Positions 9,257 to 19,328 of a stretch of DNA of 64,000 bases are shown piece by piece (positions within the stretch are counted from its first letter, which is position 1; every line of letters starts with the position of its first letter). The notes under the pieces are model-generated. The model made no database searches, was not told the DNA's origin, and was given only the letters and a program-made list of their open reading frames with translations. The position numbers and the translations under genes are program-made. Origin of the DNA: an uncultured Flavobacteriaceae bacterium (lineage in GTDB: Bacteria; Bacteroidota; Bacteroidia; Flavobacteriales; Flavobacteriaceae); NCBI GenBank assembly GCA_963716625.1, contig CAVQTP010000008.1, positions 73,812 to 137,811 of the forward strand, read 5' to 3'.

Positions 9257-10378
9257 ATGCGTAAAAGAATTGATTTTAATAGTTATTTAACCGTTTTGCT
9301 TCTCGTAGGGAGTTTGTTTTGTAACGCTTTCGCGAAAGCGCAGAGCACCCCCTCAAAAAAATTTAAAATCGTACTCGATGCGGGTCATGGAGGTAAAGAC
9401 AGTGGGAATCGAGGTAATGGCTACTATGAGAAAAATATTGCACTTAATGTTGTTTTAGCCATAGGAGAAGAGCTAGCAAAACTCCCCGATGTAGAGGTTA
9501 TCTACACTCGTAAAAAAGATGTTTTCTTAGAATTATGGGAGCGAGCTGATATAGCAAATAATTCAAATGCAGACCTTTTTATAAGTGTACATTGCAATTC
9601 ACATTCATCTCAAGCGAAGGGAACAGAGACTTTTGTATTGGGAATAGGTGGCAATGCAAAAAATATGGCCATTGCAAAAAAAGAGAACTCCGTTATATTA
9701 CTAGAGGAAAATTATGAAAAACGTTATGCTGGCTTTGACCCAAATATGCCAGAGACAACCATAGGTTTAGAACTTATGCAAGAAGAATATCTGGATCAAA
9801 GTATCAATCTTGCAAGTTTTATTGAGAACGAATTTACAAGTACCGTTAAAAGGTCAAGTAGAGGTGTAAAACAGGCGATTTTCTGGGTGTTACACAGATC
9901 TGTCATGCCTAGTGTGCTCATTGAAACGGGCTTTTTGACTAATGATGAAGAGGGTAAATTTCTTAATTCAAAAAATGGACAAGAGAAGATGGCACAGGCT
10001 ATTTCTAAGGCAGTTGTTAACTACAAGGAAAGTATACAAGCAATCGAAAGTGTAGCAATTATTGATAAACCTGAAATGACTTCTAATGAACCTGTCATTG
10101 TGGAAACTCCTATGATAATGTCTGGGATAGAGTTTAAGGTGCAAGTTGCAGCTAGTAAATTGAAGCTAGAAACACAACCTTATAATTTTAAACAACTCAA
10201 TAATGTTACGCGTATGCTGGATAATGGGTTCTATAAATATTATTATGAGTCAACACATGATTATAATCTAGCTCGAAAATTTCTTGAAGAAGCAAAAAGT
10301 GCTGGGTTTGAACAGGCATTTATAGTTTCATTTAATGAGCAAAATATAAAGGTACCTCTTAGTCAAGTGTTAAATTAG
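9257..10378 (+). CDS. N-acetylmuramoyl-L-alanine amidase (Amidase_3)
   Basis: VLDAGHGGKD, EKNIAL, FISVHCN, PSVLIETGFLTN. Confidence 0.93.
   Translation: MRKRIDFNSYLTVLLLVGSLFCNAFAKAQSTPSKKFKIVLDAGHGGKDSGNRGNGYYEKNIALNVVLAIGEELAKLPDVEVIYTRKKDVFLELWERADIANNSNADLFISVHCNSHSSQAKGTETFVLGIGGNAKNMAIAKKENSVILLEENYEKRYAGFDPNMPETTIGLELMQEEYLDQSINLASFIENEFTSTVKRSSRGVKQAIFWVLHRSVMPSVLIETGFLTNDEEGKFLNSKNGQEKMAQAISKAVVNYKESIQAIESVAIIDKPEMTSNEPVIVETPMIMSGIEFKVQVAASKLKLETQPYNFKQLNNVTRMLDNGFYKYYYESTHDYNLARKFLEEAKSAGFEQAFIVSFNEQNIKVPLSQVLN
9325..9340. repeat. Iterated palindrome in the amidase signal peptide
   Basis: CGCTTTCGCGAAAGCG, read as N-AFAKA-Q. Confidence 0.95.
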
Positions 10379-10412
10379 TCTTATTCCTAAGGGTGACTTT
10401 TATCAGAAAGTC

Positions 10413-10420
10413 TACATTTG
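10413..10420 (+). promoter_or_regulatory. Bacteroidota -7 promoter element
   Basis: TACATTTG matches TAnnTTTG, about 25 nt before the mlaD ATG. Confidence 0.55.
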
Positions 10421-10444
10421 TTTCTATAACCAGAACACTATTTG

Positions 10445-11389
10445 ATGTCAAAAGAAATCAAAACTGCCATACTCGTAATTGCAGCACTATTATTGCTAAT
10501 ATTTGGATATAATTTTTTAAAGGGGAATAATCTTCTCGATAAAAGTAAAATACTTTATGCAAAATATGACAACGTAGAAGGTCTTGCACCATCTTCTAAG
10601 GTTACAATTAATGGATTGCCTGTGGGAAGAGTGCTTGCAATAGATTTTGCAGATAGGCAAGGAAAGCTTGTGGTAAAATTTGTAGTTGAAAAAGATTTTG
10701 AATTTTCAAGAAATAGTCTTGCTAGAGTGTACGGAGGAGGTTTAATAGGTGGAAAAACACTCGCTATTGTTCCTTCTTATGAAAAAGGAATGAACGTAAA
10801 GTCTGGCGATACCTTACCTGGAGAAACAGGAACTGGTATTATGGAACTTGTTAATGAACGCCTTACACCTTTGCAAAATCAAGTAGAAAACGTGATCGTA
10901 AGTACAGATTCTGTATTAACAAATGTGAGTGCAGTACTAGATAGAGATACGAGAGCAAATCTTAGAGATGCGATTGCAAACTTTACCTCTGCGTCTAGAG
11001 AACTTAAGGGAATAACCACATCAGTAAATAGTTTAATGGCTTCAAACCAAGAAAAACTGGATCGCACTATTACCAACATTGATAAAATGAGTGGAAATTT
11101 TGCTAAACTTTCAGATTCATTATCTCAAATCCAGCTGGGTAAAATGGTTGCAGATTTGGAAACAACTATTGCAGATTTTAAAGAAATCTCTAATAAATTG
11201 AATTCTCCAGAAGGAACCGTAGGTAAACTTTTGAATGATGAACAACTTTACTTAAATTTGGACCGTACAGCTAATCAAATGGGAGACCTACTTCAAGATA
11301 TGAAGCTCAATCCTAAGCGTTACGTACATTTTTCATTATTTGGGAAAAAACCTGGAGAATACTCTGCGCCTAGCGATTCGTTACAATAG
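10445..11389 (+). CDS. MlaD/MCE family protein
   Basis: N-terminal TM; YDNVEGL...VTINGLPVGRV MCE domain; helical tail; C-terminal NPKRYVHFSLFG. Confidence 0.9.
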   Translation: MSKEIKTAILVIAALLLLIFGYNFLKGNNLLDKSKILYAKYDNVEGLAPSSKVTINGLPVGRVLAIDFADRQGKLVVKFVVEKDFEFSRNSLARVYGGGLIGGKTLAIVPSYEKGMNVKSGDTLPGETGTGIMELVNERLTPLQNQVENVIVSTDSVLTNVSAVLDRDTRANLRDAIANFTSASRELKGITTSVNSLMASNQEKLDRTITNIDKMSGNFAKLSDSLSQIQLGKMVADLETTIADFKEISNKLNSPEGTVGKLLNDEQLYLNLDRTANQMGDLLQDMKLNPKRYVHFSLFGKKPGEYSAPSDSLQ

Positions 11390-11412
11390 GCGCGAGCTTA
11401 ATTAACGAATTT

Positions 11413-12762
11413 ATGCAATACATACCTAACATTTTATTCCTCATTGCGTTAGCAGTGGGAGGTGGTTTTTTTATAAAAAACATTAAGAAATTATCTCGTA
11501 ATATCAATCTCGGAAAAGATGTTGACCGCTCAGATAATAAACCACAACGCTGGCGCAATATGGCAAAAATTGCCTTAGGTCAATACAAAATGGTAAAACG
11601 TCCAGTATCTGGAATTTTACATGTTGTTGTTTACATAGGTTTTATCATTATCAATATAGAAGTCCTTGAAATAATTATTGATGGCCTTTTTGGTACGCAC
11701 AGAATTTTTAGCTTTCTCGGCGGCACTTACGATTTCCTAATCGCAAGTTTTGAAATATTAGCCTTTTTAGTATTTGTAGCTGTTGTTATTTTTTGGCTTC
11801 GACGTAATGCTATACGAATCCAGCGTTTTTTAAATCCAGAGATGAAAGGATGGCCAAAGATGGATGCCAACCTCATTCTTTATTTCGAAATGGTGCTGAT
11901 GGGACTATTTTTAGTAATGAACGCTGCAGATTTACAACTTCAATTACTAGGCGCAGATCATTATGCTTCTGGAGATGGAACCATCACAGGTTCATTCCCT
12001 ATTAGTGGATATATCACACCTCTTTTTGATGGGATGTCAACTTCCGCTCTTATTATTTTAGAGAGAGTTGCTTGGTGGTTACACATTCTTGGAATTCTAG
12101 TGTTCTTAAATTACTTATACTATTCTAAGCATCTACATATATTACTTGCTTTTCCTAATACATGGTATGCAAAACTTAAACCTCAAGGAGAATTTAATAA
12201 TCTCGAAGCGGTGACAGATGAGGTAATGCTTATGATGGACCCAAACGCAGATCCATTTGCAGCACCTACTGAAAATGTAGAGGGTGCAGGGGAGCCAGAT
12301 AAATTTGGAGCCAGCGACGTGATGGATCTTAATTGGGTACAACTAATGAACTCATACAGTTGTACAGAATGTGGACGTTGTACTAGTGAATGTCCTGCAA
12401 ATCAAACTGGAAAAAAGTTGAGTCCTCGTAAGATTATGATGGACACTAGAGATCGACTAGAGGAAGTAGGAAAAAATTTAGATGCTAATAATGGGAATTT
12501 TAAACCAGATGGCAAGCAATTGCTTGATGATTATATTACAAAAGAGGAGCTTTGGGCATGTACTACATGTAACGCTTGTGTAGAAGCCTGTCCTATTGGA
12601 ATTGATCCCCTTAGTATTATTATGGATATGCGCCGCTATATGGTGATGGAGGAGAGTAGTGCTCCTACAGATTTGAATAACGCCATGACGAATATAGAGA
12701 ATAATGGTGCTCCATGGCCGTTCAATCAACTAGATAGAGGAAATTGGATACATGAAGGGTAA
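11413..12762 (+). CDS. Membrane-bound Fe-S oxidoreductase, N-terminal half (FadF/HdrD-like)
   Basis: Multiple TMs; CTECGRCTSECP and CTTCNACVEACP 4Fe-4S motifs. Confidence 0.88.
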   Translation: MQYIPNILFLIALAVGGGFFIKNIKKLSRNINLGKDVDRSDNKPQRWRNMAKIALGQYKMVKRPVSGILHVVVYIGFIIINIEVLEIIIDGLFGTHRIFSFLGGTYDFLIASFEILAFLVFVAVVIFWLRRNAIRIQRFLNPEMKGWPKMDANLILYFEMVLMGLFLVMNAADLQLQLLGADHYASGDGTITGSFPISGYITPLFDGMSTSALIILERVAWWLHILGILVFLNYLYYSKHLHILLAFPNTWYAKLKPQGEFNNLEAVTDEVMLMMDPNADPFAAPTENVEGAGEPDKFGASDVMDLNWVQLMNSYSCTECGRCTSECPANQTGKKLSPRKIMMDTRDRLEEVGKNLDANNGNFKPDGKQLLDDYITKEELWACTTCNACVEACPIGIDPLSIIMDMRRYMVMEESSAPTDLNNAMTNIENNGAPWPFNQLDRGNWIHEG

Positions 12763-13096
12763 CATTGTTTTTATAGTTGCGTTTTTATGTTTTTTCGCTT
12801 TCGCGAAAGCGCAAGTATCCACACAAGATTACCGTATAGATAGTATACAATTTAAAATGTATACGCGTATATATGTAGGTTCACAACTTCAACTAGATAG
12901 TGTCATAGTTAAAAAGATTTTTTGCGATTGGTGTTCTGAGTCACAATTAGATATTTTACGCGAGGAGGCCATGCGACAATCCATGATGGAGAGGTATAAT
13001 CCAAAGTATAAAAAACCTGGACAACATAGATTAGCACTATATGTACGTTTTAGTAAAGAAGATTTTAAAAAATTAAATAGCACAGATGAATACTGA
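12752..13096 (+). CDS. Hypothetical secreted protein (CxxC)
   Basis: 114 aa; signal peptide ending AFAKA-Q; FCDWC; overlaps its neighbours by 11 nt. Confidence 0.7.
   Translation: MKGNIVFIVAFLCFFAFAKAQVSTQDYRIDSIQFKMYTRIYVGSQLQLDSVIVKKIFCDWCSESQLDILREEAMRQSMMERYNPKYKKPGQHRLALYVRFSKEDFKKLNSTDEY
12796..12811. repeat. Iterated palindrome in a signal peptide
   Basis: CGCTTTCGCGAAAGCG, read as F-AFAKA-Q. Confidence 0.95.
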
Positions 13097-13520
13097 AGAC
13101 TTAAATAAATTATTGAGATCTAAATTAGAGGATGGTGGAACCGTGAGTCCAGTGCTTCAAGAAGGTGTAAAGAATTATTTAATAGATATAGATGGTACAA
13201 TTACCGAAGATGTACCTAATGAAGAGCCAGAGCGTATGGAAACGTGTGAGCCTTTTCCAGATGCATTAAAAACTCTAAACAAATGGTATGATGAAGGTCA
13301 TATCATCTGTTTTTTTACCTCGCGTACAGAAGATCACAGAGAAGTGACTACAAAATGGCTAATTAAGCATGGGTTTAAGTTTCACAGTTTATTAATGGGT
13401 AAACCACGTGGAGGTAATTACCATTGGATTGATAATCACCTTGTAAAAGCAACTAGGTATAAAGGTAAATTTACAGACCTTGTTGAAAAAGAGGTTACTA
13501 TAGAAGTATTTAAGGAGTAA
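13086..13520 (+). CDS. Capless HAD-superfamily phosphatase (LNS2-like)
   Basis: LIDIDGT motif I, FTSR motif II, KPRG, WID. Confidence 0.8.
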   Translation: MNTEDLNKLLRSKLEDGGTVSPVLQEGVKNYLIDIDGTITEDVPNEEPERMETCEPFPDALKTLNKWYDEGHIICFFTSRTEDHREVTTKWLIKHGFKFHSLLMGKPRGGNYHWIDNHLVKATRYKGKFTDLVEKEVTIEVFKE

Positions 13521-13599
13521 TAGTAATACTATTAAATAGAAAATAAGAGTAATTATTACGCATTTAATTAAGAATACACGTACGTATATCAAAAAGAAT

Positions 13600-14391
13600 A
13601 TGAGCGAAGCATTAAAAGTACCAACAATGGCAGAGTATCTAGCCCAAGGAAAACAACCAGAAGTATTATTTTGGGTAGGTTGTGCTGGAAGTTTTGACGA
13701 TCGAGCAAAAAAAATCACAAAGGCTTTTGCCAGAATTTTGAACAAAGCAAATGTGGATTTTGCAGTGTTAGGTGCAGAAGAGAGTTGCACTGGAGATCCT
13801 GCAAAAAGAGCTGGAAATGAGTTTTTATTTCAAATGCAAGCAGTAACAAATATTGAAGTGCTCAATGGGTACGAAGTAAAAAAAATCGTAACAGCCTGTC
13901 CACACTGTTTTAATACAATTAAAAACGAGTATCCTTCTCTGGGGGGTAATTATGAGGTTGTGCATCATACACAGTTTCTCAAGTCTCTTTTAGAAGATGG
14001 AAGACTCACGGTAGAAGGAGGCAAATTTAAAGGAAAACGCATCACTTTTCACGATCCATGTTATTTAGGTCGTGCAAATGGCGTTTATGAAGCACCTCGA
14101 GACTTATTACGTAAACTAGATGTGGAGCTTGTAGAAATGCGTAAATGCAAATCTAATGGCCTGTGTTGTGGAGCCGGTGGAGCTCAAATGTTTAAAGAGC
14201 CAGAGCCAGGTACTAAAGATGTAAATATCAAGCGTACGGAACAAGCTCTTGAAGTAAAGCCAGATATCATTGCAGCAGGTTGTCCTTTTTGTAACACAAT
14301 GATGACAGATGGTGTAAAGAATAAAGAAAAAGAAGATAGTATTGAGGTGATGGACATAGCAGAGATGATTGCTAGTGCAGAGGAGCTTTAA
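13600..14391 (+). CDS. Fe-S oxidoreductase, CCG-domain half
   Basis: FWVGC, ESCTGD, TACPHC, FHDPCYLGR, CCGAGG, GCPFC. Confidence 0.9.
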   Translation: MSEALKVPTMAEYLAQGKQPEVLFWVGCAGSFDDRAKKITKAFARILNKANVDFAVLGAEESCTGDPAKRAGNEFLFQMQAVTNIEVLNGYEVKKIVTACPHCFNTIKNEYPSLGGNYEVVHHTQFLKSLLEDGRLTVEGGKFKGKRITFHDPCYLGRANGVYEAPRDLLRKLDVELVEMRKCKSNGLCCGAGGAQMFKEPEPGTKDVNIKRTEQALEVKPDIIAAGCPFCNTMMTDGVKNKEKEDSIEVMDIAEMIASAEEL

Positions 14392-14421
14392 AAGGAATAC
14401 ACTTTTTTAAAAAATATAATT

Positions 14422-14462
14422 ACGACGGTTTAGTTTTTTAAATTCTACCGTTGTTTTCTTTT
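14422..14462 (+). terminator. Possible intrinsic terminator
   Basis: ACGACGGT...ACCGTTGT followed by TTTCTTTT; long loop. Confidence 0.4.
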
Positions 14463-14510
14463 AGTGAAGTCCATTATGCTTCACTGTAATTCACTAAAGA
14501 AATAAACACA

Positions 14511-15005
14511 ATGTTAGTAGATATAGATAAACTTCCTGATCATTCCCGTATTTGGTTATATCAATCTGACACTAAATTTACAGAAGCGCAAGTTGATAAA
14601 CTTCAAAAAGACCTAAGTACTTTCCTTACAGGTTGGACAGCGCACGGATCTAGCCTTCACGCTGGCTTTGAAGTAAAGTACGATCGTTTTATAGTGATTG
14701 CTTTAGATCAATCAGAAGCAAGCGCAAGTGGTTGCTCCATTGATAGTCAGGTGCGTTTTATTCAATCTTTACAAGAAGAATTCGGGGTAGATCTATTAGA
14801 TAAAATGAACGTAACATATTACCAGAATGATCGCGTTCATTACAAACCCTTACTAGAATTTAAGAAGATGGCAAAAGACGGTGCCGTGGGAAAAAATACT
14901 GTTGTCTTCAATAATCTGGTAACAACTCTAGGTGAGTACAAAACAGATTGGGAAATACCTGCAATAGATAGTTGGCATTCCCGTTTTCTTTCCAGCAAGA
15001 AATAG
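14511..15005 (+). CDS. Conserved Bacteroidota hypothetical protein
   Basis: SRIWLYQS, WTAHG, ASGCSIDS, VFNNLV, SWHSRF. Often labelled 'ABC transporter ATPase', but no Walker A motif is visible. Confidence 0.75.
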   Translation: MLVDIDKLPDHSRIWLYQSDTKFTEAQVDKLQKDLSTFLTGWTAHGSSLHAGFEVKYDRFIVIALDQSEASASGCSIDSQVRFIQSLQEEFGVDLLDKMNVTYYQNDRVHYKPLLEFKKMAKDGAVGKNTVVFNNLVTTLGEYKTDWEIPAIDSWHSRFLSSKK

Positions 15006-15116
15006 CATTTCAAACTTTTACTAATTTTAGACAGTATTATGGTATTGATCCTAAAATGAATTAGGAGATTTTATGATTAGTTAGGTGTGGGTCATAAGAT
15101 GTTGTTAAGATTAGTC

Positions 15117-15132
15117 CGCTTTCGCGAAAGCG
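15117..15132. repeat. Iterated palindrome (intergenic)
   Basis: CGCTTTCGCGAAAGCG followed by TA. Confidence 0.95.
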
Positions 15133-15229
15133 TAAAAGAAACCCATTATTTTTATAGTCGAAAATCAAATAAGACACTTACTGGCGTTGTTTTTGATTTA
15201 TAAATTACAACTTAAAATTTACCATTTTT

Positions 15230-18151
15230 ATGCCGTTTAGACGCATTCTTTATATATTTCTTTTATACTTATTTACAGTCACCCTTTCTGCGCAAGAGAG
15301 TTATCCCTTATATACTAATGATATTTTGGCACAACGCACTTGGGTAGACTCTGTGTATAACTCAATGACGCCAAAAGAACGGGTGGGACAATTGTTCATG
15401 ATAGATGTTTTTTCTAGCGATCCCAAAGGAAAAATTGATCAAATCAAAAAACTTATTAGGGATCATCACGTTGGAGGTGTCATTTTTTCAAAAGGTGGTC
15501 CGCTTCGTCAAGCAAAACTCAATAATGAGCTCCAAGCAATGTCAGAAACCAAGTTGCTTGTGGGAATGGATGCAGAGTGGGGACTTGCCATGCGTTTAGA
15601 CAGTACCTATGCTTTTCCTTGGAACATGACATTAGGAGCGATACAAGATAATAATATTGTAAAAAAAGTGGGGCGTCGTATTGGAGAACACTCGAAAAGA
15701 TTAGGAGTTCATATAAATTTTGCGCCTGTAGTTGATATCAATATAAATCCAGCAAATCCGATAATAGGAAATAGATCTTTTGGAGAAGATAAAGTTAATG
15801 TCACTCAAAAAGCGATAGCGCTTATGGAGGGTATGCAAGAGGCTGGGGTTTTAGGTAGTGCAAAACATTTTCCAGGTCATGGTGATACGGACAAGGACAG
15901 CCATAAGACATTACCTACGCTTACATTTTCTAAAGAACGTTTAGAGCGTATCGAACTTTACCCTTACAAACCTATTATTGAAAAAGGAATATCGAGCATT
16001 ATGGTGGCGCATCTTAATGTTCCTGCTTTAGTACCAGAGGAAGGAGTTCCTACAAGTATTTCACCTACGATAGTTACAAAAATGCTTAAAGAAGATTATA
16101 AATACCACGGTCTCATTTTTACAGATGCGCTAAATATGAAAGGCGCCGCAAATTTTAAAGAACCTGGTGATATTGATCTGGCAGCATTCAAAGCAGGAAA
16201 TGATATCCTCCTAATTAGTGAAAATGTACCTTCTGCTGCAACTAAAATTTTAGAAGCTTTAAAAACTGGCGATATTACAGCGCAACGATTAGAACATTCT
16301 GTAAAAAAAATATTGTATGCAAAATATAAAGTAGGTTTACATCAGTGGAAACCTGTACGTACAGAGAATCTAGTGCGCGACCTTAATGGAACTATAGATG
16401 ATATGGTTTATAGCGAGGCTATGGAAAACGCAATTACTGTTACTCAGAATAAAAATTCTGTATTACCTATTACTAAGTTAGAAGAAAAAAAGATTGCTTA
16501 TTTAGGATTAGGCGATGATAGTGGAAGTGCTTTCAAACTACAATTGCGTAAATATGCTCAAGTAGAAAGTATTAAAGCGACAAATTTAAAAGAAGTACAA
16601 AAAGAAGTAGAGCCCTATAATTATGTAATTATCGGTTTTCATAGATCTGACGAGAACCCATGGAAATCCTATAAGTTTACAACAGAGGAAATCAACTTGA
16701 TTACCGAAATCGCAAAAAATAAGACGGTAGTACTAGACTTATTTGTGCGTCCTTATGCTATGCTGGATATACCAAATATTGAAAATATAGACGGTATCGT
16801 TCATAGCTATCAAAATAGTAAAATTGCACAAGAAAAAAGTGCACAATTGCTTTTTGGAGCCATCGCTAGTAAAGGAAAATTACCAGTATCTCTAGGCCAG
16901 ACTCCATTAGGAACGGGATTACAATCTGGAACACTTAGAAGATTACAATATGGTCTACCTGAAGAGGTAGGTGTTGATTCTGAACTTCTTAACTCAAAAG
17001 TAGATTCTCTTGTAAATGTAGGTATCAAAAAAGCAATGATGCCAGGAGCACAAGTGCTTGTATCAAGACGCGGTAAAGTGATCTATGATAAGAGTTTTGG
17101 ATATCACACCTACAATAAAAAGAGAGCCGTTTTACCAGAAGACATTTATGATATCGCTTCGATGACAAAAATCCTTGCCACGTTACCCTTAGTAATGGAA
17201 TTGGAAAGTAAGGGTGTGATAAATCTCGACACTAGATTTGGAGAATTACTTCCTGAATTAGAGAACTCTAACAAGGCAGACATAACAATCAGAAATGCTA
17301 TGTCTCACTATGCTCGTTTTAAAGCATGGATCCCCTTTTACCAATACACTCTGGATGAAAAAACAAAAAAACCATCTAATGACTTTTATAGTAAGACTTT
17401 TTCTGAGGACTTTAATATAAAAATTACAGATAAGTTATTTCTCCGTAGTGATTATAAGGACAGTATTATTGACAGAATTACAGAAACAGATTTACGAAGT
17501 AGGCTGTCTTACAAATACAGCGACTTGCCCTACTATTTGTTAAAAGAGTATCTAGAAAATTATTACAACCAGGGTTTAGACAATCTAACCAAAACCCATT
17601 ATTATAATTCTCTTGGCGCAAATTATACAGGATATAATCCGTTAGAGCGATTTAATAGGGATATCATTACACCATCAGAAAACGATACTTACTGGCGTAA
17701 ACAAAAAGTACAAGGAACGGTACACGATATGGGAGCTGCCATGCAGGGTAATGTAGGTGGACATGCAGGACTTTTTTCCAACTCAAATGATGTAGCTAAG
17801 ATGATGCAAATGTATTTGCAAAATGGGTATTACGGAGGGAAAAGATATTTCTCAAAAGAAACAATGTCTAAATTTAATACCTGCTATTATTGTAAAAATA
17901 ATGTGAGGAGAGGTGTAGGATTTGATAAGCCAGAAAAGAACGGTGGTGGCCCTACTTGCGGTTGTGTTCCTATGTCAAGTTTTGGACATAGTGGCTTTAC
18001 TGGAACATATACTTGGGCAGATCCAGAAAATGAACTAGTGTATGTGTTTTTGTCCAATCGTACTTTCCCTACCATGAATAATAGAAAACTCATAAAGTCT
18101 GAATTGAGAACACAAATTCAAGAGGCCATCTACGATGCTATAATTCAGTAA
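15230..18151 (+). CDS. GH3 beta-N-acetylglucosaminidase fused to a beta-lactamase-like serine hydrolase
   Basis: DAEWG, KHFPGHGDTDKDSH (NagZ motif), FTDALNM; C-terminal SMTK (SxxK), YSD, GHSGFTGT. Confidence 0.92.
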   Translation: MPFRRILYIFLLYLFTVTLSAQESYPLYTNDILAQRTWVDSVYNSMTPKERVGQLFMIDVFSSDPKGKIDQIKKLIRDHHVGGVIFSKGGPLRQAKLNNELQAMSETKLLVGMDAEWGLAMRLDSTYAFPWNMTLGAIQDNNIVKKVGRRIGEHSKRLGVHINFAPVVDININPANPIIGNRSFGEDKVNVTQKAIALMEGMQEAGVLGSAKHFPGHGDTDKDSHKTLPTLTFSKERLERIELYPYKPIIEKGISSIMVAHLNVPALVPEEGVPTSISPTIVTKMLKEDYKYHGLIFTDALNMKGAANFKEPGDIDLAAFKAGNDILLISENVPSAATKILEALKTGDITAQRLEHSVKKILYAKYKVGLHQWKPVRTENLVRDLNGTIDDMVYSEAMENAITVTQNKNSVLPITKLEEKKIAYLGLGDDSGSAFKLQLRKYAQVESIKATNLKEVQKEVEPYNYVIIGFHRSDENPWKSYKFTTEEINLITEIAKNKTVVLDLFVRPYAMLDIPNIENIDGIVHSYQNSKIAQEKSAQLLFGAIASKGKLPVSLGQTPLGTGLQSGTLRRLQYGLPEEVGVDSELLNSKVDSLVNVGIKKAMMPGAQVLVSRRGKVIYDKSFGYHTYNKKRAVLPEDIYDIASMTKILATLPLVMELESKGVINLDTRFGELLPELENSNKADITIRNAMSHYARFKAWIPFYQYTLDEKTKKPSNDFYSKTFSEDFNIKITDKLFLRSDYKDSIIDRITETDLRSRLSYKYSDLPYYLLKEYLENYYNQGLDNLTKTHYYNSLGANYTGYNPLERFNRDIITPSENDTYWRKQKVQGTVHDMGAAMQGNVGGHAGLFSNSNDVAKMMQMYLQNGYYGGKRYFSKETMSKFNTCYYCKNNVRRGVGFDKPEKNGGGPTCGCVPMSSFGHSGFTGTYTWADPENELVYVFLSNRTFPTMNNRKLIKSELRTQIQEAIYDAIIQ

Positions 18152-18159
18152 ATTTGTCT

Positions 18160-18174
18160 CGCTTTCGCGAAAGC
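18160..18174. repeat. Iterated palindrome 15/16 (intergenic)
   Basis: CGCTTTCGCGAAAGCt. Confidence 0.9.
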
Positions 18175-18197
18175 TTAGTATCACCAAAAAATCTACT

Positions 18198-19328
18198 ATG
18201 AAAATTGCAATTGTATGTTATCCAACTTTTGGAGGAAGTGGAGTAGTAGCTACAGAACTAGGAATAGCGCTTTCTAAGCGTGGTCACGAAGTACATTTTA
18301 TAACCTACAAGCAGCCAGTGAGACTCGCATTACTAAATGATAATATTTATTATCATGAGGTTAATGTTCCAGATTATGCACTTTTTCATTATCAACCTTA
18401 CGAATTAGCACTGTCAAGTAAGTTGGTTAAAATAATTAAGCAAGAACAAATAGACATTCTCCACGTACATTATGCAATTCCACATGCTTATGCAGGATAC
18501 ATGGCGAAGGAGATGTTAAAGCAAGAGAATATATATATACCCATGGTGACCACATTACATGGTACAGATATCACCTTAGTAGGAAGTCATCCATTTTATC
18601 GTCCTGCAGTAAGTTTTAGTATAAATAATAGTGACATAGTGACTTCCGTTTCAGAAAGTTTAAAACAAGATACTTTGCGACTCTTTGAAATTACAAAAGA
18701 AATTGATGTGGTCCCTAACTTTATAGACTTCTCAGCGGTAGACAACTCTTTTACAGACTGTCAAAGGGATTTAATGGCTAATGAAGATGAGCGCATCGTC
18801 ACTCATATTAGTAATTTCAGAAAGGTAAAGCGCATCTCAGATGTAATAGATGTTTTTTACAGATTACAACTTGAAGTGCCATCAAAGTTATTAATGGTGG
18901 GCGAGGGTCCTGAAAGAGAACGAGCAGAGGAGCACGTATTAGAACTAGGTATTGAAGATAAGGTGAAGTTTCTAGGGAATAGTAATGAGATAGACAAAAT
19001 TCTTTGTTTCTCAGATTTATTTTTACTCCCTTCTGAGGCCGAAAGTTTTGGCCTTGCTGCTCTTGAGGCTATGGTGAATCGAGTTCCTGTAATTTCCAGT
19101 AATGCAGGAGGAATTCCAGAAGTAAATATAGATGGAGTGACAGGATATCTTTCTAATGTAGGCAATATTGCAGATATGGCTCAAAATGCGATACGCATTT
19201 TACAAGATGATATAATACTTGAAACATTTAAAAATAACGCAAAAAAAGAAGCGGCCAAGTTTGATATACAAAACATTGTGCCGCTTTATGAACAGCTCTA
19301 TGAAAGAGCATTGACTAAGTTGGTTTAG
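18198..19328 (+). CDS. bshA: N-acetyl-alpha-D-glucosaminyl L-malate synthase
   Basis: CYPTFGGSGVVATELG, HVHYAIPHA, TTLHGTDIT, ISNFRKVKR, ESFGLAALEAM. Confidence 0.92.
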   Translation: MKIAIVCYPTFGGSGVVATELGIALSKRGHEVHFITYKQPVRLALLNDNIYYHEVNVPDYALFHYQPYELALSSKLVKIIKQEQIDILHVHYAIPHAYAGYMAKEMLKQENIYIPMVTTLHGTDITLVGSHPFYRPAVSFSINNSDIVTSVSESLKQDTLRLFEITKEIDVVPNFIDFSAVDNSFTDCQRDLMANEDERIVTHISNFRKVKRISDVIDVFYRLQLEVPSKLLMVGEGPERERAEEHVLELGIEDKVKFLGNSNEIDKILCFSDLFLLPSEAESFGLAALEAMVNRVPVISSNAGGIPEVNIDGVTGYLSNVGNIADMAQNAIRILQDDIILETFKNNAKKEAAKFDIQNIVPLYEQLYERALTKLV

